From Epiperipatus broadwayi (taxonomy: Eukaryota > Animalia > Onychophora), in contig JAQFVV010000005.1 in the NCBI GenBank assembly GCA_028023455.1, forward strand, positions 5,580,001-5,644,000: a DNA stretch of 64,000 nucleotides, given 5' to 3'. The notes beneath the pieces were generated by a model. It saw nothing but the letters and a program-made list of their open reading frames with translations. It ran no database searches and was not told the origin of the DNA. A program made the position numbers and the translations under genes. Below are positions 13,451 through 28,339 of the stretch, piece by piece; within the stretch, counting starts at the first letter, position 1; every line of letters starts with the position of its first letter.

Positions 13451-14093
13451 GTTTGTGGTTACATTTACATTTAATGAAATAAGATATCGATAATTAAACT
13501 CATTCACGGTTAAAAAATACAATAATCTAACAACCTTCTGAAACAGATGTACTGTATATACATCAAAACCAAATTCTTTTTACCTGCCCAAAGTCAATCA
13601 AGGTCTTTTAAAAAGAATAAGCGGCATTTTAAAAAAAAAAAACTATAATCAGCTTTTTTTTCTTTTAGATTTTACTATTTTTATGATTTTTAAATTACAA
13701 CTAAGGGCAAGTCTATTTTATAATTAATGTTTCAAAATCTAAAAAAAAATATGTAGAAGAATTTACACATATTGTATAACCTGGCAATGCACAACTGATT
13801 TCTGGTAGAAGCTTGTATAATTTATATAATAAAAGATGTTTCACTTATTCCAATAAAAAATATTTCATTAAATAATAATAATTTAAAAAATCAGTTGTAG
13901 ATATTTGAATATGGGAATAAATGCACGAAAGCTATCATTAATTACTCATATATGATTTTGTATACTGTATATCAAACATCTCTTGACATTCACTATATAC
14001 AATTTGAAAAACGTGAATGCACAATGATATAGGTTAATTACAAACTATCAATAAACAATGACTCACCAGAGTACTTCTATCTATCTTATAGGA

Positions 14094-14561
14094 CAGGGAT
14101 GGCCAACTTTTGTGTTCATAAGATCTACTTTTTATTTTTAAAATGTGTTGCGATCGACTTGTTGTCATAGGTGTAGTCTAAGTGGAGGGAGGTGTGAAAT
14201 ACATACTATTTTTATATATCCACCTAGTAAAAAATAACAATTATTTGACGGGCCAAAAAACTCATGTCCAGGAGAATTAAAGCAATATGAGTAATTAATT
14301 ATTAACAATATTTATTAATTCAAATTAGCTACATTAAGTCAAGATTAAAAATATTATTTTCAGTAATGATATACTTTAATGGACTTCATCTATCTAGAAT
14401 TGAAAAAAAATTTAGAACAAAAACTAAAATAACAAAAAACTTTAAAATCTTGACTTGTTTCATTCGTTATCCGATAGCTCTTCCAGATTGGCCTCACGAT
14501 CGACCAAAATTGGCTTTGCGATCGACCGAATGGATCACAATCGACTTGTTGGACACCCCCG
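14094..14561. mobile_element. hAT (Buster/Charlie group) MITE, 468 bp
   Basis: TIRs CAGGGATGGCCAAC and (rc) CGGGGGTGTCCAAC. Perfect 8-bp TSD TTATAGGA at 14086-14093 and 14562-14569. Repeated subterminal (G/A)ATCGAC motifs. Confidence 0.93.
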
Positions 14562-15559
14562 TTATAGGAAATGTTGACTTTCAAAAACTCTATACATATT
14601 GTTTTGGTACAAGGTCTTTTTATTTATTTTCTCTCTTTTTCATATTTTTTAAATCTTATTGTCTATAAGTCTTTCATATCATCGACCAACTCTGCATTAA
14701 TTGTAACAATGATATTGTGTGATTTGTGCATCATTTTAGTCCTTTAATTATATGCACAACATACATATCTTTTATTTCTGGAATTAGAAATAATCATATT
14801 TATTTATGACTGACTCATAATAATGATGATAATGAGATCCTTAAAAGATAATAAAAATAATAGCTAAAGAAATTTAAAATATAATAATAATTCAGACAAT
14901 GGAAAAAAAAATTGTCAAATATAAATTCAATATTTTCTTTATTACATTATTAATACTGTATATCTTTTTAAATTAATGTTATGAATGGTATATGTTATCA
15001 TTTATTATAGGTTAATGTAAAAATATATAGGAATATCAGTTCGATTTTACAAAAATCAGAGTGATATTTGTATATCTATTTATAAAATTCTCTGTGTTAA
15101 TATAGCAATTTAGAATGATGAGTTTGGTCTACCAAATGACATCACATTTAATATCTTGCTTATTATATATAAATATATGTTTACAAAAGTACAGCATTCT
15201 ATTTTTCATTACAAAAAATGTGATTTTCATTAATAGCGAATTTGTATTAAATTCTATAGTAAGTTAGGAAAAAAAAACTTAAATCAGTTTTTACTGGAGA
15301 AAAAAATTAGAAAAGATAGAAAATTATTTTACCAGATATTTTTATAAATACAAAAATTGCAGAATACTACAAGCACTTATTTAAAAAAATTAATATGTTA
15401 AGCATATAGGCTTGTTGCAAATGTTGGTTAAGAAACTAAAAACAGCGCTACAAAATATGCTACATTATCACCTATTATTTAAATAGCAAATGTATAAATG
15501 TGTAATGTGTAGTTTTATCCATACATATATGATTTGCATGTTGCATAATGTTATATTAC

Positions 15560-15609
15560 AATTAGAAATACATTTAAGTATCCTAATTAGAAATACATTT
15601 AAGTATCCT
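15560..15609. repeat. Perfect 25-bp tandem duplication
   Basis: AATTAGAAATACATTTAAGTATCCT x2. Confidence 0.9.
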
Positions 15610-16899
15610 AATTAAAATATTTTGAAAATATTATTTTTTTATTTTGATTACACACACAAAAAAAAGGACTATGTATGTATGTATGAATACGTTAAAAGAA
15701 CTTTTTTTTTATGAATTTAAAAATTGGCTTGAAAAGAATTTTGATAAAATAATAATAATAAATTACTGAAAAACATTTAAATTGATCAATATAAATACAT
15801 AATTTATGAATATATATGTATTTATCTAATTATATAAAAAGTACAAGATCTAGTAATTGTACAATGAAGCATATAAATGAACAAATAGTACAATGAATAT
15901 TTTCTCATTAAATTATGAGCTGCAAATTTATACAACAAATACATACAATGAATACTCCAAATATTTTTGGCACATAGTCTGTTATTAATTTAGTTTTTTT
16001 TTTTCATTTCTAGCAATGAAAATACTGCTTTTTTTTTTTTTTTTAAAGTATCTCCTAGATGTGTTTACTATAATAAATTTAACCATGAATCATAAAAGTA
16101 GAATTTAAAAGATGATTAATGTTGATGTCCAAAAAAATAATAATTTTGAAGTGAAATTATGGTAATAATAGCAGAAATCTAAGTTACTAAACATATAATG
16201 ATTAATCTCTAGCAGTCAAAATATTGTAATATTTTTCTGAAAAGTATTCTATAAATTGGCTCATAAAAATGCCGCTTTTTATACAGAAGACAACTCTATG
16301 CTTATCTCTGGCTTATCTTCACCCACTTGCAACAATCTGTAATGCTAATTTTCTGTTTTTGTATTTGTTTAATAACAAAAGTTGGAATTAAAATATATAT
16401 TGATTTATTCATTTTTAAAAAATATATAAAAATATCAATGTTGTTCAGAGAATCTAATACAAAGAAGTCAACATGTCATTGGTTGGCAGATTTATTATTC
16501 TCAGGCTTTAAGAGCATTTATAAAAGTACTTCTTTTTGTATGACTTCGGAAAAAACAACTATATTTTCTAGTTTTATCAATATTTTTGCAAAATATTTGT
16601 AAAAAATTTTAGACGAATATATTCATGATTACACTTAGATTTTATTCAGAAATTTTTGTTTTTAAAAAGACAAGTCAACATAATAACAATAACAAAAAAA
16701 GGTAAAACTGGTTGTAAAAAGAAATCTCTTCACAAACATCAGACCAGTTTTTTTTTTGTCAATTTTTAATAGAATTTTTAATTTTTGAATAGAACTTTGC
16801 TGCTTTATAATGATTTAACAGTTTGATAGAATTTTACAAAGGAGTTAAAACCAATTTTCCTTCATTGATTAAATTTTTTATTGGCAATGAGACAATTGT

Positions 16900-16900
<1 letters not shown>

Positions 16901-16951
<51 letters not shown>
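16901..16951. repeat. (TAA)17 microsatellite
   Basis: Read directly from the sequence. Confidence 0.95.
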
Positions 16952-16952
<1 letters not shown>

Positions 16953-19900
16953 GAAACTATTATTCTGCTTATATATTCCAGGTTTTTTCTTATAGTTGCA
17001 AAGTTGAAATATTATTCTTAATTCTTTAATTGGTGAAAACATTTACATTATTTTCCTTGGTGGCAATTTTTGTAATAAATCAAAATTTGATTTTAGTAAT
17101 CTTTATTCTAATATAATTTGGACTTGATTTATTAGGAATATGAGATTATAATCAAAAAAATCCAGAAAAAATCATACTTAAACTTTGCAATTATAGAAAA
17201 AATAATTAGAAAGAATGAGACCAGTGAATTTTTTTCTGATTGAACAGTGTAAAGGAAAGTCAATGAGAAAAAAAATAAAACTTTCCTTGACTGAACTTCA
17301 TTTTTAAAACATGAACAAATATTGTGAAACCATTATACATCTATCAAATTCTGTTTTAAAGTTTAAAATTACATTTTTAATTTTTTAAATATTCCAATCA
17401 CCTCAGACTATGTTAAAAAAGGTACTATAAATCTTGTTGCCATAGTTTTCTATTTACTATTACAACTAAATTTAATTTATATTTTTGAAAATAAAACATA
17501 TTCAAATAAAATCAAAGTACAATCACATATATTTTTGTTTTTAAATAACAATTTTATAAATATTGTAATCCTCCAAAAACTTGAGCTGAGTCACGCTACT
17601 ATGAGAAGATATTTTAAACAATATATATACTAACTTAATAGCACTGAGTTAACTTTTGATGACTTCTCACCAAAATCTTAATAAAACAAACTATGGGGAA
17701 TTTTTTTTTTGCCATATTAGAAAAGATGTTCTTAAAGTAATTTCAGATGATCTCAAAGCCAAGGAACTTATGAATCATCAATGTGGTTGACAGAAAGAGA
17801 TTATTTTGAAGATCCAATAGCTAAAAAATACTGACCTCTTCGGATTTATTGAACTAGTAAATCAATGTATTTTAATTTTTTGCTGTCAAAATAAATATAA
17901 TCGTTAAAATACCATTACAAATCACATAAGGAAAGAGAAGTAAAACTGAAGCACACCCATGCTATCTCCAAACAAAGCATTTTGCTTATACTTGTAGAAA
18001 AGTTAAGGTTTTTCATTTGTAAACTTATATTTCTAATAAATAAAATTTATTGATAAACAATAATATAAAAGTTTAACTTAAAATAAAATATTATAGGGGA
18101 TGAGGAAAAACTCCATTAAAATGTGCAGTAACTAGAGATGTATTCTATAATAATTTTAGCCATGGAAGCAGTATTTGTAAGCTGATTAATGCTAATATCA
18201 AAAAATAAATAATTTTGAAATAAAATGATAAAATGTAAAATTGGAAGTTAAACCATGTGTGTAAGAGTTTTCAGCAGTTTATTTAACAATTTATATTTTT
18301 AAATTCTTTTCATAAGTATTACAAATGTTAATTTTAATCATGAACAAGAAAAATAAAATTAAGAAATTAATCAAGAAAGATCATTTCTAAAAGAAACAAT
18401 TATAAAATAATCATAGATTTAAGCTATGAATATGATGATTCACAACATTTTTTAAAAAAAGATAAAATAAGGATTTTCTGATTGAACAGTAGTTATTCTA
18501 ATATGAAATAAGTAAAACTTTTTGCTAATGCAGATTAATCAAAAGCAAATAAGATCATGGAGTTATTTGAAAAAAAATTTGCTAAATCTTCTAGTAGAGA
18601 TGCTGTTCCTGTGCAATTTATTGTCAAAAAATTATGGATCATTACATTCAGGAAAAGAAAGGGAATGCATACCATTATAAGGCATAGTGGGACTTAAAGC
18701 ATAAATAGGACTGCTACTGAATATTATCTTGCAAGAAAACAAAAGTTCAGAAATTCAATATGTGAATTTTTATTAGGATATATACATTTATTTAAATCTT
18801 TATTTTATGATTTTAAAAATTGAATTTTAATTTTGCTCAAAATCTAATAATACAATATGTATAGCAATTAATTTTACTTTTTATCTTTCATTTTTATTTT
18901 TGACTGTCATATTTAAGTAATTATTTTGAAAGTAACTTTGGTCTAGGTCCTAGGCCTGGAATGGATTATCTCTAAATATATATTCAATGAAAGGTACAAT
19001 GAACAGATGATATAATGAATGAATTTTTAAAACCAATTAATTTATTGTACCAGACATCACTAAATATGCAAATTATTACTAATTATTCACTCAATTATAT
19101 AAATATTTATAATAGAAGTGAGCTATGAATGCAAAATGTGAACTGCAATAACAGTATAATATATCAATTGAAAGATAAAGTATCATATTGATGAAAATTA
19201 GTAATCCAATGTCAACAAAAACCAATGCAAAATGGTGTTATATTTTACAAATTATATTTGTGGTATAATATAAATCACATTATTTGAATAATGTTATAAA
19301 CTATATTGTGCACTATTATGTTATATAGAAAGCTTTAATAGATAAATGCTATTAAATAAATATATATTGGCTAGATATAAGTAATGTTGTTGTAGAAATA
19401 AAATATCATAAATTTGAAATCTCTGGTTCCAGGACTTTTTTAGATTGTAATTTTTTTTTATTCAAATATAAATCTTATTTTCTTTTTGTAAGTCAAAATT
19501 TTGCTATTTTAGATAATAATAAAAAAACAGGCAGCTCACTGAACTGGGTTTAATAATTAATAGTATTTATTGAACATGTCTTTTCTTCAATTTTGTTTTA
19601 TAAAAGCGTGTACAAAGTAATTTATTATTAAAGGTTAATGATTATTTTTGGAATTTTGTTTGAATAGTAAGTAATTATATTAATAAAATTTTAATTATAT
19701 TACAAAACAAACATCTGATAAAATAAATGAATACAGATTTATGTGAAATGAAATAGAATACTTATTGGAATTTGTAAGAAAGAAGGGCTAACTTGAAATG
19801 TTTGGAATTCATTACTAAAAAAATGTTTATGCATATATACAAAGAAATATGGAGAAAAAGTTTTATTAGGCAATGTTAAGGCAGTTCTATTTAGGGTCAC

Positions 19901-21097
19901 CCTCTCCTGCCCCTTCAAAATAAAGGTTTTTTTTTAAAAAAAAACAACAACCTCCGAACATAGGTCAGTATCTAGTAATTATTTATTTAAGCAAAAGAAA
20001 TAGTTTGAATATAATGATAATAGTGTCATAATCGATGATAGTAATAATAAAAATAAATTCTCTGTTTTTTTTTATTTTCTGAAATATCAGTATATGAATA
20101 TGTGAAGCGTATTTAGAAAACACATCATTTTTACTAAAGATTCCTCATGTTTAAAATGTTCTGCGTGGTTAGTAGTGATAACAGTGATAGATCAAGAGCT
20201 AAAGATGCCTGGATTGAAGTGTTATTTTTCTTGCTCAAATATCTCATGACATTTTAAATTTCCAATCATTTATTATTTTTATAAATATAACTAACTGCTC
20301 TTAGTGAAACTAGACTTCCTGGGAAAAAAAGTTTAATTTACCAGGTAGATAACTAATTTATTTGGAATGGCAGATCACCAAATGAAAAATTAGAGGTTTG
20401 TTGTAAGATAACTTAATAGCTTCTATTTTGGATTCCTAGACATATCAATAAAGAATTTATGATTTTAAAAATTGCTTCATGTAACTGATATCCATGTCTA
20501 TTTCATCAATACTTATGCTTTATGTTAGATTCAGAATTTTTTAATATTATCAATGCTTTAAATGCAATCTATAAAAGACTATGATTTAGTGATTAATATT
20601 GAAAAATCTCAGATGCTTTATTAGCCAATTATGAAAACAAAAATCCTTTAGTAATTTTTGGCTTGAATAATTATCAACTTGAGAATGAAAACCCACTTTA
20701 AATATAGGTAGGTTTTTTGAATAGAAAGTTGTTGCTGGAATCGTCAAACTCCAATGTGTTACTGCTTTTAATAAGTTGAAAGATGTGGTATTTCATTAAT
20801 GATATAATTATTTCAATTGAATTATATTTAAAACTAGGAATCCCTGTACAATATTATTAATTGTAGACTTACAAATAGTTAAGTTTCTTTATTCAGTTTT
20901 AAAAAATTTAATTTCTTTATATTTAGGACAAGAAAAATGTTTCAATTTAATTAAAAATTATAAAAATTTAAGGTGGATTTCATAAAAAAAATTTATAATA
21001 CACATTATCTGACAGTTTCTTCATTATTAAGTTTTCTCATTAATTTTTAAAAATTTTGAATTAATACTTATGGAACATCCTGTGTAAAACTACCCAA

Positions 21098-21720
21098 GTG
21101 AAAAGCAGGATTCTGTTAAGTAAAAACTTGGACTATAACATAGCTGCTATTCCAGTTCATGCAACAATTAATGTTGTTTTTTTTTTTATTGACTTAAAGC
21201 ATGATAAAAAATGTTTTTTCTACTTTCACAAAAGGATTTTCATGAAATTGAATAATGATTTTTAAATGTCACCTATAGGAGATAAATAATGTTAGCATCT
21301 ATACTTCGGCCATTACATAACATTATCATTAACATTCCAGTAAATGCAATAATTAATGTTTTTTTAAACTATTTAACTTCATAATCTATAATTGGAAAAT
21401 TAGGAATGATAATCATTCATAAAAGTCAAAGCCTACTATTTCTTGAATTTTTTTTTTGTATTATATAGTATCTACATATTATTTCAGAGCACATTCCTAG
21501 AGTTGATGGGAAATGTCTATAAAAGAGAATATAAATAGATATTATTCTAACTAATTTATTACATGCACCCCTTTGACAACAAAACATAAAGATGTTGGAA
21601 ATTTTTCATTTCAGGATGCTCCCTAAAATTCTGAAAATATAATGGCAAGATTATAAAACCAATTGTTATGATCTTCAGCTGGATGATGTGATATCATTGA
21701 ACACATTGTTGTAAGGGCAT
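21098..21720 (+). mobile_element. Heavily decayed RTE-clade LINE fragments
   Basis: VKSRILLSKNLDYNIAAIPVHAT (cf. RTE endonuclease RIxxxR...NITIIQVYAPT) at about 21098-21166. KILKI*WQDYKTN (cf. RRILxIxWQDxxxN) at about 21625-21663. Confidence 0.55.
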
Positions 21721-23792
21721 ATCTTTATTGAAGTAAAGTTAAGATAAACCTGAGAATTTTTTGTAAAAAATGATAGAATCGATTTGCATTACAAGAATGC
21801 TATATTGATTGTGTCATTGGAAGAATATGATTCAGAAACTACAATTAAACAAAGTATTGAAGTATTAAAAAACAAAAGTTTGTTGTAGAATAAATTTGAA
21901 GATATTATAATATATCAAATAAACTGCAAAAAACAACCAAATATCTGAAAAGTGACCATATTTATGTTTCAGGCAATGGATTGTAGTTATCACAAAACTT
22001 ATGAACTTTTTGTTCTTTAGCTCATTCCTCTTTGCTCTACATTCCAAATTCTAATGACCATACTAATTTGTGAGTGGCTGACATTAACAATATATTATGG
22101 ATATTATGAAAAATATACATTATAATAGCTTTTTTAAAATTCCACTACAAATTATTGTTTATTGCTGCTCATATCTAGAACAAAATTCTACATATATGAT
22201 TCACATCCACAACATCAGAAAGATAAAATATGGCCTACTGTTTAATCTTCCCATACATTGCAAAAAAAAAAAAATCAATTACATTTTGAATCTCTTTTAA
22301 ATTATAGGAATAACAGAAAATTGTAAACTAAAACTTTAAAATAGTGTGTTTATTCATTCTATAATAAATTTTTATTTTGAAAGTTTTTCAAAGATTTTTG
22401 AATAATTATTGTAATACTGTCTCAGATATTAATGTTAAGTTAATCCTCATTTTAATTTCATTTCAATTTTAAATACTAACCAGATTTTAAAACATTACAC
22501 TATTAAATTTCACTACTAAGTAACAAGATTAAAAGTAAAAAAGAATATCTAACTAAAGATATTTATTTTTAAAAAAAAAACATTTAATCGGTTTTAAAAA
22601 AAACTTAACAATTGTATCTTCAAAAACTCTATAAAGAATTTGTCCTTGATATATAACAAAAGTATTTAAACAGTAGTGAAATATGAATTTACATTCCACA
22701 GAATGAACTATTAATAATTATTATGGTGCTAATATTTAAAATTGCTAAACTAGGCTTTGATAAGTTGCACTGCAGTGAAAGTCTGGCTTAGCCATTTTAA
22801 ATATTAACTCTACAGTAATTATTAATTGTTCACACCTTCTAAAATATAAAATATATAAATAAATTTTTCACATACTTCAAACATTTACTGAACCAGTTAT
22901 GGCTAAATACCTACAAAATAGTTTTCAATCTAATGCATACAGATTGTATTCAAAATGTGTGATCTTTAAATTGTTAAATATTATAGCAGAATTTAGAAGT
23001 TCTGATAGCGTTCTATTTATGTAAATTCATACTTAAGGAAAGATTATCGACACACACACATAGTGCAAAACATTTTAAATAATAATAATTCTTAATTATT
23101 GTTTGATTAGACTGCGTGAATATCTGGTGAAATATTGTAGTCATTTTTGTTTGTTAAAAAATAATTTTATATTATATTCCTAATTTATATATATATATAT
23201 AATTGATTAAAATTGTTATACAATACTTCATTATGTAAGTAAAGAGCTTTCTGTATATCATCATCAATTCAAATTACAATAATACTTAGGATTTTATACC
23301 TGAATTACATTCTATTCAGTTATTCCATTATCCCTATGTAAGCTTTTCTAATTTTTGTAACTTCTTTCTGTTGTTCTGCTAATATCAACTTCATTGTCTA
23401 TCACATTAATCTATTCTCAATCCTTGTGTGTAAGTAGCCATCTTATATCTATTTTGTATTTCTTTATTCTCATTTATGACTTATGTTTTAATTTCTAAAT
23501 CAATATTATTCCACATAGTTGAAAGTTTTGATAAACTGTTTAAAAAATCCAATGACTCATCCCCAATTGAGAGAACTAATATATTTTTTATTTTGATGCT
23601 TCACCTAAATGCGTTGAGAGCCTTATAACTATAGTTAATAAAGTTCTTAGAATTTCTAGAATATACAACTCTCCTCATCTAGGGTGGTCACACAATAAAA
23701 ACTATATAAACATTCAAAAATAGTTATATTAATAGTAATAAACTTACTTTAAAAATAATACCTACAATGAGCTTTTATAGATGATGATGATA

Positions 23793-23825
<33 letters not shown>

Positions 23826-24147
23826 AAGCTATATTAAAGTAAATTCTTTAATTACTCTAATGCAATAATCAATTTCTAGTTTCATCATTGTTAGAAAAAA
23901 ATAAAACTATGAAGCTTGTACTTGAGCTGATGGCTTTATACAACAGAATACTGTTCTGAAATATCTAGAAATATGACTAATTGAAAAAAAAAAACAATTA
24001 AAAAAATTAGAGGGTTAGACTTTTAATAAAAAACACAAAAAAGTTTTATGGAATAATAAAATTGGAATTAAGAAAAGAAAGTTATGGAGGAGAAGGAAGA
24101 GTACCTGTTGCAATGCAAACAACAACAAGAGATTTTGGAGATAATAT

Positions 24148-25465
24148 TGTACTGTTTATTTATATATGGTACAAATATATTGATATTTGGTAAAAGCTAA
24201 AAAAAAAAGAGTAAACTTAGTTTTTTTATTAGTATTTTTGCGTAATTAAAAATAAAAGTAGAAATTGGAGAGAACAAAAGACACGCAGATAAATTAAAAG
24301 AATTCCAAAAGTAATAAGATAAGTTAAAAGAAAAATATTTTAGCTAATTAAAGATGGCAGAATTATGCTAAGAAAAGAGAATGTTGTAATTTAAAAATTA
24401 TAAAGAATGTACGAGATTATCAGCGTATATTTTTGATAAACAAAAGGATGCGCAGAAGTCTGAAAACTGGACCTCGAGTATAAAAAGACAGAGGCCAGTT
24501 TTGATCAGTCTTGTTTCGTTGGTCTCTCTCTAGTTGGTCCTGGATAATAAAAAGAATATATATCCAGGATTGCCCTACATGTAATTAATTCTGCATGTCA
24601 GAGTGAACCGGAGCTTCTGCGGACATCGTGCCTGAAGATGGACACCAGAAAAGCCTTTGTGACCGACTAGGAGAATAGACCACAAGATCAACTTATAACC
24701 AATGGCTGAGCTCATTCTAACCCAAAAAACTATGCATAGTAATTACAACCTTCTCACTAAACTTACCGGTAAGCTATGATTCATTATTCCCGATTGTGAC
24801 AAAATTAAACGTTTGCAAACAAGTCTTAAAAGTATGTTTAAACAATCCCGATAACAAGAGTCATTCATTTTAAGGAACTTTCTAGAAGAAATTTGGAAGT
24901 GAACTGTAATTGTGAAATTGTTTTTTATTAATTGATTCATATCTGAATTAACGTGTGTTCTCTCCAATTTATTTGATTAGTAATCTCTCTATTTTAATTT
25001 GTTAGAATAAAAATATTTATTTCTAATACCAACTTTTCATTTGTATGTTATTAATAATAGTTATTAATTATTATTAAATTTATTAATATTAGTTTAGTGA
25101 TGTTTAAATATATAATTTACCTTTGCCAATATGTTTAATAAGTTCCAGGAATAATAATATTTAGAAAAATAATTTTAGTTACGGTAAAATCCAATACCAT
25201 CTTTTGAAAACATTTTTTTTTAATTTACGAGTAACGATATGTTTGACGCAGAATCAGTGAGTCTAATCGACTCTGGTGCCCTCATTTATAAATTAAAAGC
25301 TGATTCAGCTCACAATTGTAATTGTAACAATTCTAGGCTGAGTTGATCAGGAAATATAGTTATGTTTCTAGAAATAGAAATACAACTTTCTTCTTTTTGG
25401 CATAACTTGATCAACTCGCGCATTTTATATGTGTATAGAGGCTTAGCAAGACGGAAAACGTTACA
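24148..25465 (+). mobile_element. Solo LTR (Ty3/Gypsy-like), 1318 bp, copy 1
   Basis: Begins TGTAC and ends TTACA. 4-bp TSD ATAT on both sides (24144-24147, 25466-25469). TATAAAAAG at 24479 with TCAGTC at 24505. Homologous along its length to 29096-30545. Confidence 0.8.
24479..24510 (+). promoter_or_regulatory. LTR core promoter: TATA box plus arthropod-type initiator
   Basis: TATAAAAAG (24479-24487) and TCAGTC (24505-24510). TATAAAAAG is conserved in copy 2 at 29545. Confidence 0.6.
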
Positions 25466-26110
25466 ATATAAATAAAAGTGAAGAAAGAGAGATAAATTTG
25501 GATAAATTAAAAAATATAAAAAGGAATTGAAAAAAAGAAAAACAAAAATAAAGAGAAATTAATAAAATGATTTTTAAAAATGTTGAAAAAAAATTGATAG
25601 CAAATGGAAAAGAAAATTAAAAAACAAAATTAATAGATGGCCTTAAGAGAGTGCAGTAATATTCCTGTCAACTATTCATAAGATGGAAGATTTAAACATA
25701 ATTAGTTATACCAAAAGAAAGCATTACATGATTTCTTTAGATTGAAAACATAGTCTGTACTATTAGCTCTAAACTATATAAATTATAATAAAAACAAATA
25801 TAAGATGGCAATTTTTGCTAAAAGAATGAAGTGATGTTCGTTTAGAATAAAAAATTATCATTTTATATTTATAGAAACCTGACTGCTATAAAAATAAAGT
25901 TACAGTCAGTTTTTAAAGTAAAACTATCATAATTCTTAAAAAATTAAAGTTTTTAATAGCTGTTATTCATTAATATGTAATATTTTTTTATATGTTTATT
26001 TACCTAAAATAATACAAAAAGATCAATAGTGAATATCGTGTGCATAACAACAAAGTAATTACATTTAAGAATCAAAAATTTGATAGACATATAAATTTGC
26101 AAATGTAATA

Positions 26111-26485
26111 CAGAGAGTGTACCAGTAGCTCAAACAAGCTCTTAATTAATAAGTGTGGTATAAGAAAATATTTAAAATCTCTATCCAGAACACTCCCATC
26201 TCCAGACCAACTGTTTTCGAGCTTATGGCTTACATCAGTGGAGAGCTAGAATATTCGGACACTAGATCTAAAATATCAATTCAAAACTCAGCAGTTATTT
26301 CATATGTAATATTTAAGTAGAAACTCTGAAATTTTCAGACATGAAAATGTCTTTAAATCCAGTTATCTTACTTAAATAGCTATATGGGACTGAACTAAAT
26401 TCAGATCTACCATAGCCAAAGCCTTAATGATAAAATTGTAATAATCAAAAAAACAAGCTTGTTTGAGCTATTGGTATGCTCTCTG
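26111..26485. mobile_element. Tc1/mariner-superfamily MITE, 375 bp, TA-flanked
   Basis: 30-bp TIRs (26111-26140 and 26456-26485) match at 27/30, with TA on both sides. A solitary end of the same family is at about 42867-42910. Confidence 0.88.
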
Positions 26486-26794
26486 TATTGCAGTTTTGTA
26501 AATACAAGCTTATAAAAGTAATGTCACATTATATAAGACTTGCTTTTTTGATTATTATAAATTTACAAATATATACAAAGTAAAAATTAACATTTCTAAA
26601 ATATTAGCATTTCAAAAACTAACTAGGACTTGAAATCAAATTAATATGTAATATTTTTTAATCAATTTTTTATTTTAAATCAAAGATACAGACACAAATC
26701 AATGCTTATGTAAAAAATATCTGACATAAGTTTATAGAAATTGTGTAAAAGTAAAGTGACTTAATAATATTAAAAACTGTTCAAAATTGAATGT

Positions 26795-27160
26795 AGTGGA
26801 GTCATGATATCTGCTACATTTTATTTCAAGCCCCAGTCATGTACATCATATATATTACCTTATATTTTGTTGATAAGCTATAATTACAATAGAATACATA
26901 TTGTTTACTAAATTGCAAGTGTATAGTATTTTTCAACACACAAAATTGAAATGCCTTTTTTGTATTATATGCACATGTAAATTAAAATTATACTATAAAT
27001 AAAATATTAAAAAAAATAATATAATCATTAATAATAAATTAAAGGAGCACATTTACATATTTATTTATTGGGAGTTAACTTTTATATTCACTCAAAAATA
27101 AAATAATAAAAAACTCATTGTGCTATATCTTCATTTTTTTAAATAAAATGAATAGGAAAG
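26795..27160. repeat. Dispersed repeat 'family A', uninterrupted copy
   Basis: Collinear with 235-540 plus 1850-1910. Confidence 0.65.
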
Positions 27161-28339
27161 GTCCAACTTTCTTAATGATATCCTTTTTTAATAACTTTTT
27201 TTCTCTGCAGAAATGTAATTGCAATCTCATTATCAGCAGATTATGACCTTTGTTTGTTTTGATGTTTTTAAATTAATATCAACTTTAGAATTTATGCAGA
27301 TATTCCTTTTTGATGATACTAATTTAAATTCTTGGTTAAACTCTTTACAAGAACATTTTAAAGTTGTTGTTTTTTCTATCAATACTAAATTGATCAGTTT
27401 CATTTTATCACTTAAGAATTTGCTTAAATTTCATAAAAAATTTAGCTTTATACTTAACACATTTTATTATATGAAATACTACATTATATCCAAATTTGAA
27501 CATTAAAAAAGTAAAGAATTAAAAATATATGCTTTCAATACTTAAAAAAATATTAATAACATGATCATGTATAGCATAAAAAACAAAAAAAAAGGCTGCT
27601 TTTGTATTGTAAAATTTATTAACATTTTTATTTTTTTATTATTATTTACAATTTTTTTTTAGCTGGAGTATAATTGAAGTAGTTATATATAGTGAATATT
27701 GTAGCTTCCCTGTAAAAATTTATTTTAACAATATAAAAAAGGCAACAAATAACTTTTGTGCATCAGTAGCAGCAGAATCAACTTTATTATGTGTAAAAAT
27801 ATTAATTATAAATTATTCATTAGATATAAAATATTTCAAATATGTATTTTATACAAATATTTTCAATATGAGAATGCCCTATAATAAAAATCATTCAAAG
27901 ATCATATGCTTTCATATATCATAGCTATAAATATATATATATGCATAAACTGAGTTGCACAAAATGTGAAATAGTCTACATAGAAAATCACCTGTATAAA
28001 TAAATCTTTATTTAGATGTTAATCTAAATTTAATTCCAGAAGTTTGTTGCATAAATTTTTCAAAGATTAATATAATTTCCTTTTGAAATACTTTTTAAAA
28101 ACATGAAAAAAAAGCGGTTACAAGAAATCTATTATTTTTATAAATTCAGAACACTGGAATTCATATATTTTACTGATAAAATTTGTTTTGAAAATTATAA
28201 TAAATAGTTACATTTGGAAAATCAAATTCTACTTTATATTTATATGGAAAAATTTCCCATGAATCATTATAATTATCAAAAAAGTTGTAGTTAATTTTAT
28301 TAATATTTTATACAATCTGTATTAAAATGTTTCACTAAA

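Noticed and set aside
14062-14093. Minus-strand exon disrupted by the MITE (strong donor CTG|GTGAGT)
   Set aside because: No acceptor with a pyrimidine tract even after excising the MITE in silico, and the peptide is uninformative.
14366-14668. 100-aa ORF (and antisense 14390-14584) as a gene
   Set aside because: Spans the right end of the hAT MITE and flanking DNA, so it is a chance ORF.
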